From Dicyema japonicum (taxonomy: Eukaryota > Animalia > Dicyemida), in the NCBI GenBank assembly GCA_011109175.1, contig RDEW01000018.1, positions 979,222 through 1,043,221 on the forward strand: 64,000 bases of DNA. The letters run 5' to 3'. The position numbers and the translations under genes are program-made. This document shows positions 39,770 through 51,347 of the stretch, piece by piece (the first letter of the stretch is position 1; every line of letters begins with the position of its first letter). The notes under the pieces were generated by a model. That model made no database searches. It was not told the DNA's origin and worked only from the letters and a program-made list of their open reading frames with translations.

Positions 39770-40822
39770 TCTCCACATTCTTTAAGTCAGTGGATCTTCT
39801 CCAGATCATTGGAATGTTCAATCATAAATTCTATAGTAGCGTCGAAGAAAACGCTGAAGAGCATGTTCGTGAATATATGCACGGTTCCGAGGATATCCCC
39901 CACCACAATTAACAACATACGCATTATTTATTGGACACACGTGCAGTTTCTGGTGGATGATCACTCTAGTTGTTTCAATTTGAGCTGACGATATTCAAAT
40001 CCGGATCCTGCATATAGCCTACACTTCCTTCGTTCAGAACTTCAGAATTCTAACATCTAAGTCCCTCACCTCGTCCATGATCAATAGAAGGAAGGCTTTC
40101 ATCCGCCATGAAGCAAGTATGAATTTCATGCAGTACACTCGTTACCTTCTCAACTTTCCACTGAGACAACCAGTGGTTTACTTCCGCAAAATGCAGACTG
40201 AATTGGTCTCCATTATAACATTCACTGCACTTACTTAAATGAAAAAATTCCAAAGATCACAGAGAACCAAACTAATAATCACGTGTTCCCGACGCTTTGC
40301 AGCTGTGATCTCATCTTGGCTTGGTGTTCTTCCTTCAAGGCCATAGATAGTCTTGGGCGTAGATGGATTTCAGAAGAGTATTTCTTTCCATCGCTCCGTA
40401 ACTCTGAACCCTTTATCTGGCTAGCTTAGATCTTCACGGGATTCGCCCAGGAGATGGTTGGTCCTCACGAGGCGCATGAGTAAGAAATGCATGACCAGAT
40501 GTACTGGTCTTAGGAAATTTCGAGAATAAGGTGATTTCTGATCTTCCACAGCCCCGAAAGACTTCAGCACATTGGTCTCCTTTCGAGTTTTGTCCCCACA
40601 TTCTCAACATGCGATGAGTAGCACAAGTCAAAATGAAAATTAGAAATTAAGCACTCTCTCCCTTCCACGGTAATGAAAAAGCATGTGCAACTCGAGAAAC
40701 TAGTAACAAAGTCATCTTCCTCCACTTCCGTCTGTCATACGCAAGTTCTTGTAGTCCACCCAGATTTTCTCCCTCTCTTAAGCATCTCTCCCCGTCGAGG
40801 ACCATCTGGAGTGTGGTCAGGG
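39770..40822 (-). mobile_element. Jumbled RTE-clade LINE fragments
   Basis: W.VE..(LHQG-like)/MDEV RT remnant, RMLRMWG, and DRRKWRK terminus. Similar RT remnants occur near 24950-25020, 31100-31190, 32900-32960 and 51510-51560. Confidence 0.55.
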
Positions 40823-40823
40823 N

Positions 40824-41770
40824 AGCTTGCCGGTAATGGAACGGGTCCGGAATCAAAATCCCCAAAGACACAACGAAGCAAAGTAATTGGGATAACATTG
40901 TCTGCTCCAAAATTTTGGAGGACCTTAAAAAAAGCAAATCAACATCGTCTGGCTCGTTTGGTGTCAGCTTCAAGTGAAGGGAGTGGAACATGGCTTGGTG
41001 CAATACCTTGCCCAAATCTAGGGACACTTCTTAAGGATTGGGATGAATCTTTAAGGATTGGAATCGGACAAAGGCTAGGACTAGACGTTTGCCAGGAGCA
41101 CCGATGCCGATGCGGGAAAATAGTCGACGCGTAGGACCTGCAGAAGAAGCGTCGGAAGAGGACCACGTCACGCTGCTTCGAACGATGTGATCGTCAGAGC
41201 TCTGAAGGCTACAGGCTTCCCATCACAACTTGAACCAGTGGGTCTCGATCAGGGAGATAGAAAGAGACTTGACGGGATGACCTTTTTCCCTTACACATCT
41301 GGAAGATCTTTGGTCTGGAACACAACTTGTGTTGACACACATTCAAGCACGAATTTTTTCAAATCGGTTCAGACACCTAGATCAGCTGCTTCGATCGAGG
41401 AAAATTTAAAAAATCAAAAAATGTTCTTGCCTCGGGGACCGGTACCGATTTACTCCTGTTGGGGTTGAGTCATCGGGAACCGTTGGAACAGTGACGGCTG
41501 AGTTCTTGCGTGAACTCAGAGGAATGCTTGCCAGAAAGAAAAGGGATCAACGAGAAGGGTTATGGCTGAGACAAAAGATTGGAGTGGCCATACTCCGAGG
41601 GAACTCGTTCGCGATCCACGCAGTTGGTCCAGTGACGGCTGAGTTCTTGCGTGAACTCAGAGGAATGCTTGCCAGAAAGAAAAGGGATCAACGAGAAGGG
41701 TTATGGCTGAGACAAAAGATTGGAGTGGCCATACTCCGAAGAAACTCGTTCGCGATCCACGCAGCCGGCC
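40824..41770 (+). mobile_element. CRE-like RLE retrotransposon 3' part
   Basis: RLVSASSEGSGTWLGAIP..LG, RLGLDVCQEHRCRCG, RH..NDVIVRAL, EPVGL..DRKRLDG, VAILRGN. Contains a 141-bp tandem duplication (41489-41763). Confidence 0.85.
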
Positions 41771-44600
41771 TCACTGTCGACGACAGGTCCTGCTGGAGGG
41801 TTAACGTCAAGAAGCTCTTGCCGTTTTGCTCAATAAGGTGGTCAAAGGGACTGGGTGGAATGTTGTTCAGCTTTGCAATGTGCATTATGGTAGTCGCCGC
41901 TCGACATAGGGTGTTATCAACTTTAAGACGGTTGGTCCACGAGAGATTAATTCCCCATGCTGCACAGGCGTCTGATTGTTGGCTCTATGATTTGCTTATA
42001 GAGAATACCGAGAGCAGGGAATGGCCTTTTTATTCCACCAAATATGGTTTTGACTAAACCAATTTTCCTCTGACAAGTTCCAATGGTCTTCTTAATATGG
42101 GCAGAAAAACACATGTGCGTATCAAAAGTGACCCCCAGAATTTTAGGGTTCTTCGTTAAAGAGATTTTTTCGTTGTCAAGGAATAGATCCACGGTACATC
42201 TTCAGAGCCTTTTATCCGAAGTAAATAGAGTTGTTGAGGATTTTTCGGGAGATATGTTCATCCGGTTTTGGTGTAGCCAAGTTTGAATTTGAAGCAAGAG
42301 ATCTCGTACTTTTTTTGAAGCATTCGTGAGGATTTTATCACGTGAAATAATGAGTAGGTCATCAGCATAAGCGAGAATTTTAGAGTCTTCCATAACTGGG
42401 TTGGCAACGCCGGAAAGGTATAAGTTGAATAGGGCAGGAGTAGGTCATCAGCATAAGCGAGAATTTTAGAGTCTTCCATAACTGGGTTGGGAATGCCGAA
42501 AAGGTATAAGTTGAATAGGGCAGGAGACAGGGGAGCCTTGGGGAACTCCATTTGGAAGTAATCTTGAGATTGATCGAATCCCATCCAAGCATACACGCTT
42601 TCTCCTCCCGCTGCGAAAATTTAGAAGCCATAATTTTATGTTCGAGTTGATGGATAGTCTAAATATTTTTTGAGTGAGGATTTTTCTGGATACAGTATCG
42701 AAGGCCTTTTGTAGGTCGAGAAGCATAAAACCGATTTTAGATGTGGTTTTGTAGAAAAGCCTTCAATAATGAACTGGTTCAACGAGGTAAGGTTTGTTGA
42801 TGTAGATCGGTCTCTCCTAAAACCATATTGGAGATGTGGAAGGAGAAGGGGGGTGGGGGTAAATGATGTGTAGAACGAGTTTTTCCAGGAGCTTCGAGGA
42901 TGAGCATAATAGTGCAATGGGTCTGTACGAAGAGAGGTTGTTCTTCGGCCTCCCCGGCTTGAGAATTTGGCGTATGTTGGACTGTTTCCATATGTCTGGA
43001 ATTTGGTTGTGGTTTATTGAAAAGTTAAAGATGTTCTAGAGCGCTTCTATTCCAATTGTGCCGAGATGTTTGAGCAGAATAGCCGAAATCAAATCAGGAC
43101 CGCAGGAGAGGGAAGATTTTGTATTTTTGATTTCATTCAAAATATCGGAGTGTGAAAAGCAATATAATGAAGAAGACCTTTTTGGCTTCGTGGACGTAAA
43201 GGAATGTCTGGTTTTCAGGAATTTCTTGTGGCTGATTCCGACATAAAACTTCATTTGGTTGACCTGTGTTATTGGGTTTTGTATATGGTCCGAGCTTTTT
43301 AATGGTCTTCCACATGTAATGGGTAGATTTATGCTTGAAAAGACCTCTGATTCTTCTTTCCCATTCATTCCTTTGAGATGATTTCAACCTTTGTGCAACT
43401 GCGTCGTTGAGGCTCTTGATTTGGCTTCTCCTCCCGGGAAAAGGTGGAAGATTCCTTTTAAGCTGATTCCTTTCTTTGATAAGGGCTCTAGTTTTTTGAT
43501 CTAGTTTATCGTTGTACCACCTGAAGGAGCATCTTGGGATAAATATTTTTCTTTCCAATAAGATCACATTATTCGGGTATTTCACAGCTCCATCAATAAA
43601 ATTGATTAATTTGGTGTCGAGGTTTTGTAGCATATGTCTGTGAAGGTTGAATAATCTTTCCAGATTGCGTTCTTGTAGTTTAAGAATGACGTAGTTTTCA
43701 TAATGAGAGAAATGGCTTTCATGATTCCGATGATGATTAAGTTGTGATCTGAGTTGAGGTCATAGTCGACAGACTATGAAGTGGATGAAGTTAGGTTTGT
43801 GTTGAAAAGTGTAAGGTCCGGAGAGGAATAACCATCATCATCCTTGTAAAGCGTCCTCGCTTGGGTCTTCGGATTGTTGAGGATCGACATTGGCGAGAGT
43901 TGTTCAAGTAGGGACCATCCTCTGTAGTCAGCCCGTTGTGGTTTTAGCCAANCCATGAAATGGTTGAAGTTAGGTTTGTGTTGAAAAGTGTAAGGTCCGG
44001 AAAGGAATAACCATCATCATCCTTGTAAAGCGTCCTCGCTTGGGTCTTCGGGTTGTTGAGGATCGACATTGGCGAGAGTTGTTCAAGTAGGGACCATCCT
44101 CTGGAGTCAGCCCGTTGTGATTTTAGCCAAGTTGGGTGTTTGGCATTTAAATCTCCACAGATAAACAGATTCCTTAGATTGTTCAACTTCGAGAGGTCAG
44201 GGTTATGTCCCTTCAAGCAGGGAGGGGGAGGTGGAACATAAATATTAGCAATGTTGACTTTTACAATGACGGTGGGAATCGAGATACCTGTTATTTCTGT
44301 AAAATCATCTTGGGTCAAAGATTTGAGGTCATCTGTGATATCAGTGTACAGTAACCCGTTCTCAATGATGAACATGAGACCTCTGCCTTTTCGGTTCAAC
44401 CGGTCCAAGTGGGTGCAGTTGTATCCAGGGAAGGAAGGAGTAGTTGAGGTAGGCGTCAATCTAGTCTCTTGAATTGCTGCCACATCCACATTTTGTTTAT
44501 TTAAGTAAGCGCGTAGTTCGAGAATTTTTCCTCTGATTCCATTGATGTTAAGCTGTAGAATCGTTAGTTGCGGCCCTGGGTTTTGCTCACGTCGCCGGCA
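41770..44600 (-). mobile_element. APE-RT LINE (Jockey/I/CR1-group-like), frameshifted
   Basis: ILQLNINGIRG, VDVAAIQET, ICGDLNAKH, GPDLI, QYGFRRDRST, DLQKAFD, GVPQGSP, YADDL, NPKILGVTFD. Confidence 0.92.
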
Positions 44601-44924
44601 AGTATCAAGGTTAGGTCTTTTATTCAGAGAAAGCTGAGGCAGCAGGGTTGTCGTCTAAAAATGACTCCAGATGGGGGAAAAGTGTAGGTCCTTTTCTGTG
44701 CATATAAGCACTCTGCGCCACCATAAAAAGTGGACCACATGGCGCCACGTTGCATTACCATTCTAGCTCAAAGTAAATAACTCAAAGTAGACCTCATCAA
44801 CAAACATTTGTTTCTTTGTTAAGTAATTATCTTTTATATTTAAAAAAAAATGAATAAATAGAAAATAAATATAAAAAATATTTAATGATATTAGAGATTA
44901 CGAATCCTCTTAATATAATTTTCA

Positions 44925-45897
44925 ATGGTTTTAACTTAATATTAATTAAAGACTGAAAACATCCTAGATTACGCGTTGGACATTTTTAAACGACTTCCTC
45001 CACAGCAAGTAAGCAATGTGGTGTATTCTGTCGTCAAAATGGTGTCCATAATTTATCATTTGTAGAATGGGGGATTATGTGAACCTCTTCTTTCCTTGGT
45101 TGATCGTCCTTTGGGTTCCATGAAGGACTCTAATGGGAGAGAGTTTATTATATGTGACTATAATCGCTACAAGAGTTCTTTCAGATCTCCCTGGAACAAC
45201 AAATATACTAATATTTTAGGACCCTGTCCTTCACGGAAACTGAGAAAGTTAGAAATTCAATTTAACGAAACCTTCTTGACTTATCTTTACATGTAGAATA
45301 CAGTTCAATATTCTAGGTACTACGGGGGTGGGGTCTCCTCGGTTTATTTGTGGAAGATAGGCAAACATGCAATCGGTGGAGCCGTTTTGTTCAAAAAGGG
45401 CATGGCCTACAGCGATAAGATGAAGTCAATGTGGAATTCCTCCCATGTTTTTGAAGCAAGGGTATGCCTCAATCCTATTACTATGACCGGATTAAGCTTT
45501 GAAATGTTAGGTTAATAGGAAGGTGTGCGACTACAGGTTGATATCCTCCATCATGTTGAACATGCACGGGAAGGACGATATTGACATAAACTTGGGAGGT
45601 ACTCTGGTTCTAAAGGTTGACTCTGGTTGTCAATTATAGACCCAAAAGGATCTCCCTTATAATCAGTTGGTGGACCACCTCATTAACGTGGGCACTTTGA
45701 TCGAAGCTCAGGAGAATTCCGCGAGAAATACTATTAAGTCCATCTATTTTGACAAAACTGTCGACATTGTCAATTTACTACGAAAGTCTGAGGCGGAAGT
45801 AGAATTAACGAGGAAGGAAGGTAATAAAAAGGATAAAAAGAATAGCGAAAAAAATTCACAAATTAACAAAAATTCGGAAAAACTTTCTTTGTCTTAA
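44925..45897 (+). CDS. CAPZB: F-actin capping protein beta subunit, 5 introns (four 24 nt, one 49 nt)
   Basis: ATG-only first exon, then DYALDIFKRLPPQQ, LCEPLLSLVDRPL, ICDYNR..SFRSPWNNKY, YYGGGVSSVYLW, INLGGTL, HLINVG.LIE, IYFDKTVDIVNLLR. Confidence 0.95.
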
Positions 45898-46646
45898 TTT
45901 TTACATTTTTTGAGAATTTAGCTTGGACGTGATTAATCACCACGTTTTCTGTTCTTTTCTCGTTAACCGCCAGTAACCATACTCACTCTAACAGTGNTGA
46001 GGCGGAAGTAGAATTAACGAGGAAAGGGGGTAATAAAAAGGATAAAAAGAATAGCGAAAAAAATTCACAAATTAACAAAAATTCGGAAAAACTTTCTTTG
46101 TCTTAATTTTTACATTTTTTGAGAATTTAGCTTGGACGTGATTAATCACCACGTTTTCTGTTCTTTTCTCGTTAACCTCCAGTAACCATACTCACTCTAA
46201 CAGTGAATTGGAAAAATAAATTCCTCTTCCGAATTTGATTCCATTTTTTGAAGAATAAAGGATGGGGGATGGTTACTTCAATCCAAGGAAAATTTATTTC
46301 GTATGTGATATGGTCACATAACTTAATTCTCTCTATTTTTGTGTTTTGGGGGTAACAAATAAATCTCTGATAGAAGATGTTAAGGACTGTGATGAGGGAA
46401 ATCTTTCCAAGATTTCTCCAAATGAAATGACTCCAATATGTTACGTAGATTAAAGAGTAACTCATAAATTAAGTATCTACCGTATGTCTAAGTTACTGGT
46501 ATCTATCAGTTTTTTTTCTCTCCAACCTGAAATGCCTTCCCGTTTACCCGTTCTCTCAGTAATCCCATATCATTGGAAGCAAATGTGAATCCCTCATTAG
46601 TCTCCTTAAATTAATTTTTGATTTTATCGACAAAAATAATTTTTTT

Positions 46647-47481
46647 NNNNNNNNNNNNNNNNNNNNNNNNNNNNNNNNNNNNNNNNNNNNNNNNNNNNNN
46701 NNNNNNNNNNNNNNNNNNNNNNNNNNNNNNNNNNNNNNNNNNNNNNNNNNNNNNNNNNNNNNNNNNNNNNNNNNNNNNNNNNNNNNNNNNNNNNNNNNNN
46801 NNNNNNNNNNNNNNNNNNNNNNNNNNNNNNNNNNNNNNNNNNNNNNNNNNNNNNNNNNNNNNNNNNNNNNNNNNNNNNNNNNNNNNNNNNNNNNNNNNNN
46901 NNNNNNNNNNNNNNNNNNNNNNNNNNNNNNNNNNNNNNNNNNNNNNNNNNNNNNNNNNNNNNNNNNNNNNNNNNNNNNNNNNNNNNNNNNNNNNNNNNNN
47001 NNNNNNNNNNNNNNNNNNNNNNNNNNNNNNNNNNNNNNNNNNNNNNNNNNNNNNNNNNNNNNNNNNNNNNNNNNNNNNNNNNNNNNNNNNNNNNNNNNNN
47101 NNNNNNNNNNNNNNNNNNNNNNNNNNNNNNNNNNNNNNNNNNNNNNNNNNNNNNNNNNNNNNNNNNNNNNNNNNNNNNNNNNNNNNNNNNNNNNNNNNNN
47201 NNNNNNNNNNNNNNNNNNNNNNNNNNNNNNNNNNNNNNNNNNNNNNNNNNNNNNNNNNNNNNNNNNNNNNNNNNNNNNNNNNNNNNNNNNNNNNNNNNNN
47301 NNNNNNNNNNNNNNNNNNNNNNNNNNNNNNNNNNNNNNNNNNNNNNNNNNNNNNNNNNNNNNNNNNNNNNNNNNNNNNNNNNNNNNNNNNNNNNNNNNNN
47401 NNNNNNNNNNNNNNNNNNNNNNNNNNNNNNNNNNNNNNNNNNNNNNNNNNNNNNNNNNNNNNNNNNNNNNNNNNNNNNNNN
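46647..47481. other. Assembly gap whose flanks overlap (about 46512-46646 repeated at 47482-47620)
   Basis: N run with the same sequence on both sides. Confidence 0.95.
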
Positions 47482-47722
47482 NTTTTTTTCTCTCCAACCT
47501 GAAATGCCTTCCCGTTTACCCGTTCTCTCAGAAATCCCATATCATTGGAAGCAAATGTGAATCCCTCATTAGTCTCCTTAAATTAATTTTTGATTTTATC
47601 GACAAAAATAATTTTTTTTAATTTAAAAGTTTTAATTGTTACCCCCAGCTTTGCTACTATTCAACTGATCCTTTACTTTCCTATCGAGTCCTGGCAATCC
47701 TGGGTAAGTGGAAAGATCTCAA

Positions 47723-48032
47723 ACTTTATCCCCAATGTAAACACCATGGATGTGCAACCCCCACTCGGAAGGCTTGAAGCGCCGATCTTATGAGGTCTGT
47801 ACCCCATTATTTTGATGTCTTCAAGGACCCGCAGGAAGTCGAGTACTCTGTCATTATATGTTAGTACACTTTAATGGACTTTATCCCCAATGTAAACACC
47901 ATGGATGTGCAACCCCCACTCGGAAGGCTTGAAGCGCCGATCTTATGAGGTCTGTACCCCATTATTTTGATGTCTTCAAGGACCCGCAGGAAGTCGAGTA
48001 CTCTGTCATTATATGTTAGTACACTTTAATGG
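47723..48032. repeat. 155-bp direct tandem duplication
   Basis: Identical copies starting at 47723 and 47878. Confidence 0.95.
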
Positions 48033-48061
48033 AAAGTACGTGTTAAATGTTAATGTTATAA

Positions 48062-50111
48062 TTAAGCGGTTCCGTTGACGTATTCTTGATTAGGTACCTC
48101 ACTCGTTTTTCGAATTGTCTGACATAACGTTAAAACCGTGAAACCGTTGAGAATCTAATGGGGGGAAGCTTTTTTGCTTCGATTTCTTTTCTAATCTTCC
48201 TTTCGGCCTCAATATTTTTGAAGAATTCAGTTCTGACGTCAATTTCTTCCGTTTCTTCATCGTGGACGTTCTCCTCGTCCTTGAGAATAAAATGTAATAT
48301 TACTGGGTTTGTTGAATGGGGGGATTTCGCACGGAATTTAAGTTCTCGTTGCCGCGATTCATAAATTTTCATCCGTTTTGTTTCTCTTTCGAACAGCTTC
48401 GGTAAAAAAACTGGAAATACAGTAGAAATTATGTTTTTCTCAGATTTTTGGTTGCCATAAATAGCCTCAGAAAACTCCAGGAAGGCGATATTTCCGGAAG
48501 CAGAGCCAGCTACCGCGAATTTCCCGGTCTCGTTGATTTGCAGGCTGTAAAGAGCGGACTCGTCCAACTAAATGTATCCACAATCAAGTGCTGACTTTTA
48601 TGGAGAGAGTTGGGCTTGAATGGTTAAAGCAGAGATCCCACGCATCCAAAACCCCGTCGATTCTCGTAGTAAAGAAAACTCCTGGTCTTGTAGGACTCCA
48701 CGTGGCATCAGTAAGGAAATTCATGTGGTTACTTGACTATCATTACAAAGTTAACTGAGTCCACATTATGGAGCTATCCTTGATGTCCTCTGACCAAATC
48801 TTAAAAAATTAGTTTGAAAGTTACACGTGCTGTCCAATCCCCCACTGTGAGAAATTGTTTTGGATAAAATGGATTTCTTTTTACAGAATAAATCGGTCCC
48901 TTGTGTCCGTTAAATACGGCTACGACCTTCTCCGCATTCGTCTTCCCCTTTCGATTGCAGAGAATTATTGACCCCGTTTCGGAACCCGCCATAAATTTTG
49001 TAGGCTATTTTGTAATCAACCAGGAGTACAATGGTCGGCTCATATTCAAGGCAAGTAGCCCCGACCGCCTTTGTCGGGTCCTGCTTTTTGGTTACGTCGA
49101 GGTAAATTGTATCCACTGGGTCTGTAAGCTTCCTGGTATCCCACCAATAAACACATCCATCAGTGGAGGTAGTGAAGAATTCAGTCCCCGACTTTGAGTT
49201 TATCCAAATTGCTCCGTAAACCGGATCTTTGTGGGATACTTCGACCCTTGTATAGTCCACAGCAGTGGTCCCCTTCCTAGTATCCCAAAATCCTTAAAAT
49301 CAAGGAACCAAATTACCTATTTGCCCGTTATAGCATCCCCCGAGGATAATGTGGGAGTCCTTTGGTGAGTAACAAGTCGATAATAATGGGGATATGGAGC
49401 GGATTGTGAACTCGGGACTTGTGGGAAAGGCTACGTGAAATAGTTAACGGAAGTAATACATAAATCCCAGACATAGGAGTCATAGTTCCCCTCTGGTGCG
49501 GTAAAGGTGGAGCTCAGAAAACTGTAGGCCGCGACAACTTTTTTACTGTCTGTGGGATTCCAGGAAATTGAAGAAACAACTCGATTCTTTCCGTTCGGGT
49601 CTCTGAAATAGTTTGTTATCTTAGCCGAAGACTGAACGTCCCCAATATCATCCTCGTAGTCATCGAAATATCCCTCGTAAATGTCGATGGCGTTGTTTCT
49701 CATAATTTGTTTCTCAATAATCTGCATTTATCACAAATTCTACATTCGACAGATTTCTTATGGAAGTTATATAGCACTCGTCCTTTTCAACTTTCTTTCT
49801 GTATCTCTGGATCTGGTCAACATCATCGGCATTGATGTCCTTAGGCCAGCCTCCTTCCATGTGGTTGACCCCCGTGTTATTCGTTCGAAAAGACTCCGTG
49901 TTCACCTAACGTCATTGAACTAAGATACCTCGTGCTCTGATATTTCTGGGGCACAGTTTATTTTCTGATTGCATACATTCAGTTCGATGAACTCTTCCTT
50001 GTCGCTCTCCTTTGGTTTTATGTCGACTATTAATTCCGCGTTTTTGTCGGAAAATTGGCAATGTTTTCCGAATTCTGCTCTTGTTTTTGTGTAGACGTAT
50101 GTTATCTCCAT
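48062..50111 (-). CDS. DNAI2: Outer-arm dynein intermediate chain 2 (WD40), 11 introns of 22-29 nt
   Basis: [113 protein letters not shown]. Confidence 0.97.
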
Positions 50112-50116
50112 TTTAT

Positions 50117-50130
50117 GTTTCTATGGCAAC
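50117..50130 (-). promoter_or_regulatory. RFX X-box 5 nt upstream of the DNAI2 ATG
   Basis: GTTGCCATAGAAAC fits the 14-bp consensus RTHNYYWTRRNRAC exactly. Confidence 0.8.
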
Positions 50131-50407
50131 ATAATTTATTTAATTTATTACTCCTGGATAAGTAACGGTTACTGGCGCTAGAGTTGAGATTAACTGGATT
50201 CGGTTCCCCCTGTCTTCTTCAAACCATAAGGTGCCATTTGATCCACCTGTCTCAGGTGACGCCCAATGCCTGAGCGGCATCCAAAATGACTCTATCTTTA
50301 CAGTTGACAACTAAGTGTTCCCTTGATCCTAAATGACTCTATCTTTACAGTTGGCAACTAAGTGTTCCCTTGATCACAGTCAGAGAGGCGAGTCTTTTAA
50401 ACACATA

Positions 50408-50570
50408 CAGCCTTTTGGCTGAACGTAGCATCTGATGACATCGGATCTGAAGGTCGTGGGTTCGAATCCGAAAGATGGGGTTTTCAGGAAGGTCAATTCT
50501 TGTAAAACAGATCCCACTCGTGAGGCGATGAGTCCTTCTGGAACGACACAGTAGTTGAAGGTGATCTTCC
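50408..50570 (+). mobile_element. tRNA-Arg(TCG)-derived SINE-like element
   Basis: A-box-like TGGCTGAA, GCATCTGA..TCGGATCTGAAG resembling the tRNA-Arg anticodon arm, and B box GGTTCGAATCC (50459-50469). The T-stem is broken. The tail recurs at 2688-2830. Confidence 0.7.
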
Positions 50571-50939
50571 TGATGATATTGTAATCTCTACAAGTCTCCA
50601 CTAAATTAGAATTCTAAGACAGGAAAAGGGAGGATGGATTTACTCAAAATTTCTGACAAAGAAATCTGGGAATGGTACCCTGATGCTGGTCCTTTGACCA
50701 CTACCAAGCAAACATGTAATCTAGAAATTTTACGAAAGTGTCCCTTGACAAGAAAGATGATAGTCGAAAGTAAGACTTTTTATCATAATTTACTATGAAG
50801 CCTCTCCCTCGCTTTGACACCAAAAATTACCATTATAAAAAAACATTTTGAATATTATTTCGATTAATCGTAATATTAAAAATAAAATATTAATTGAAAT
50901 TAAACATTTACGAATTTAAATCAAGCTTGTGTTTTTGTG

Positions 50940-51347
50940 ATGGTGCATGTTGAATCAGATGTAGTACCAAACAATACACGAAATCTGCGAGCTTGTTTGG
51001 TGTGTTCTCTTATAAAAGTAGTAAATTATCTAATCAATAGTCCGTGGAACAGTTTGTTTCTCACGGTTGTGACAATTGTGACGAGGTTTTAGAAATGGCT
51101 GGGAATCGGCACAATGTGGCTAACTTTACTAGTTGCAATTTTGACGGAATGATAACTCTGTTAGATCCTGAGGACAGTTGGGTGGCAAAATGGCAGGGAA
51201 TAAGTATATTTGTGTGAGTTAGCAGACTCATATGTACCCGGAGTCTATGCCATATCTGTATCTGGTGTACTGCCCTCTCTAGCTTTGGAGAAATTGAAAG
51301 ATATGGGGTTTACTTACAGATCAAGGGACACGTCTAAGAAGATTTGA
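50940..51347 (+). CDS. SPT4: Transcription elongation factor SPT4 (absent from the ORF track), 2 introns (23, 22 nt)
   Basis: NLRACLVCSLIK|SVEQFVSHGCDNC...TSCNFDGMITLLDPEDSWVAKWQ..|..PGVYAISVSGVLP...YRSRD; stop TGA. Confidence 0.96.

Noticed and set aside
46172-46465. 97-aa minus-strand ORF beside the gap
   Set aside because: No motif, adjacent to a duplicated join and a gap; not supportable without transcripts.
50408-50435. Resemblance to the U2 snRNA 5' end (GCCTTTTGGCT..GTAGCATCTG)
   Set aside because: There is no downstream U2 structure or Sm site; the same bases align to tRNA-Arg and are followed by a B box.
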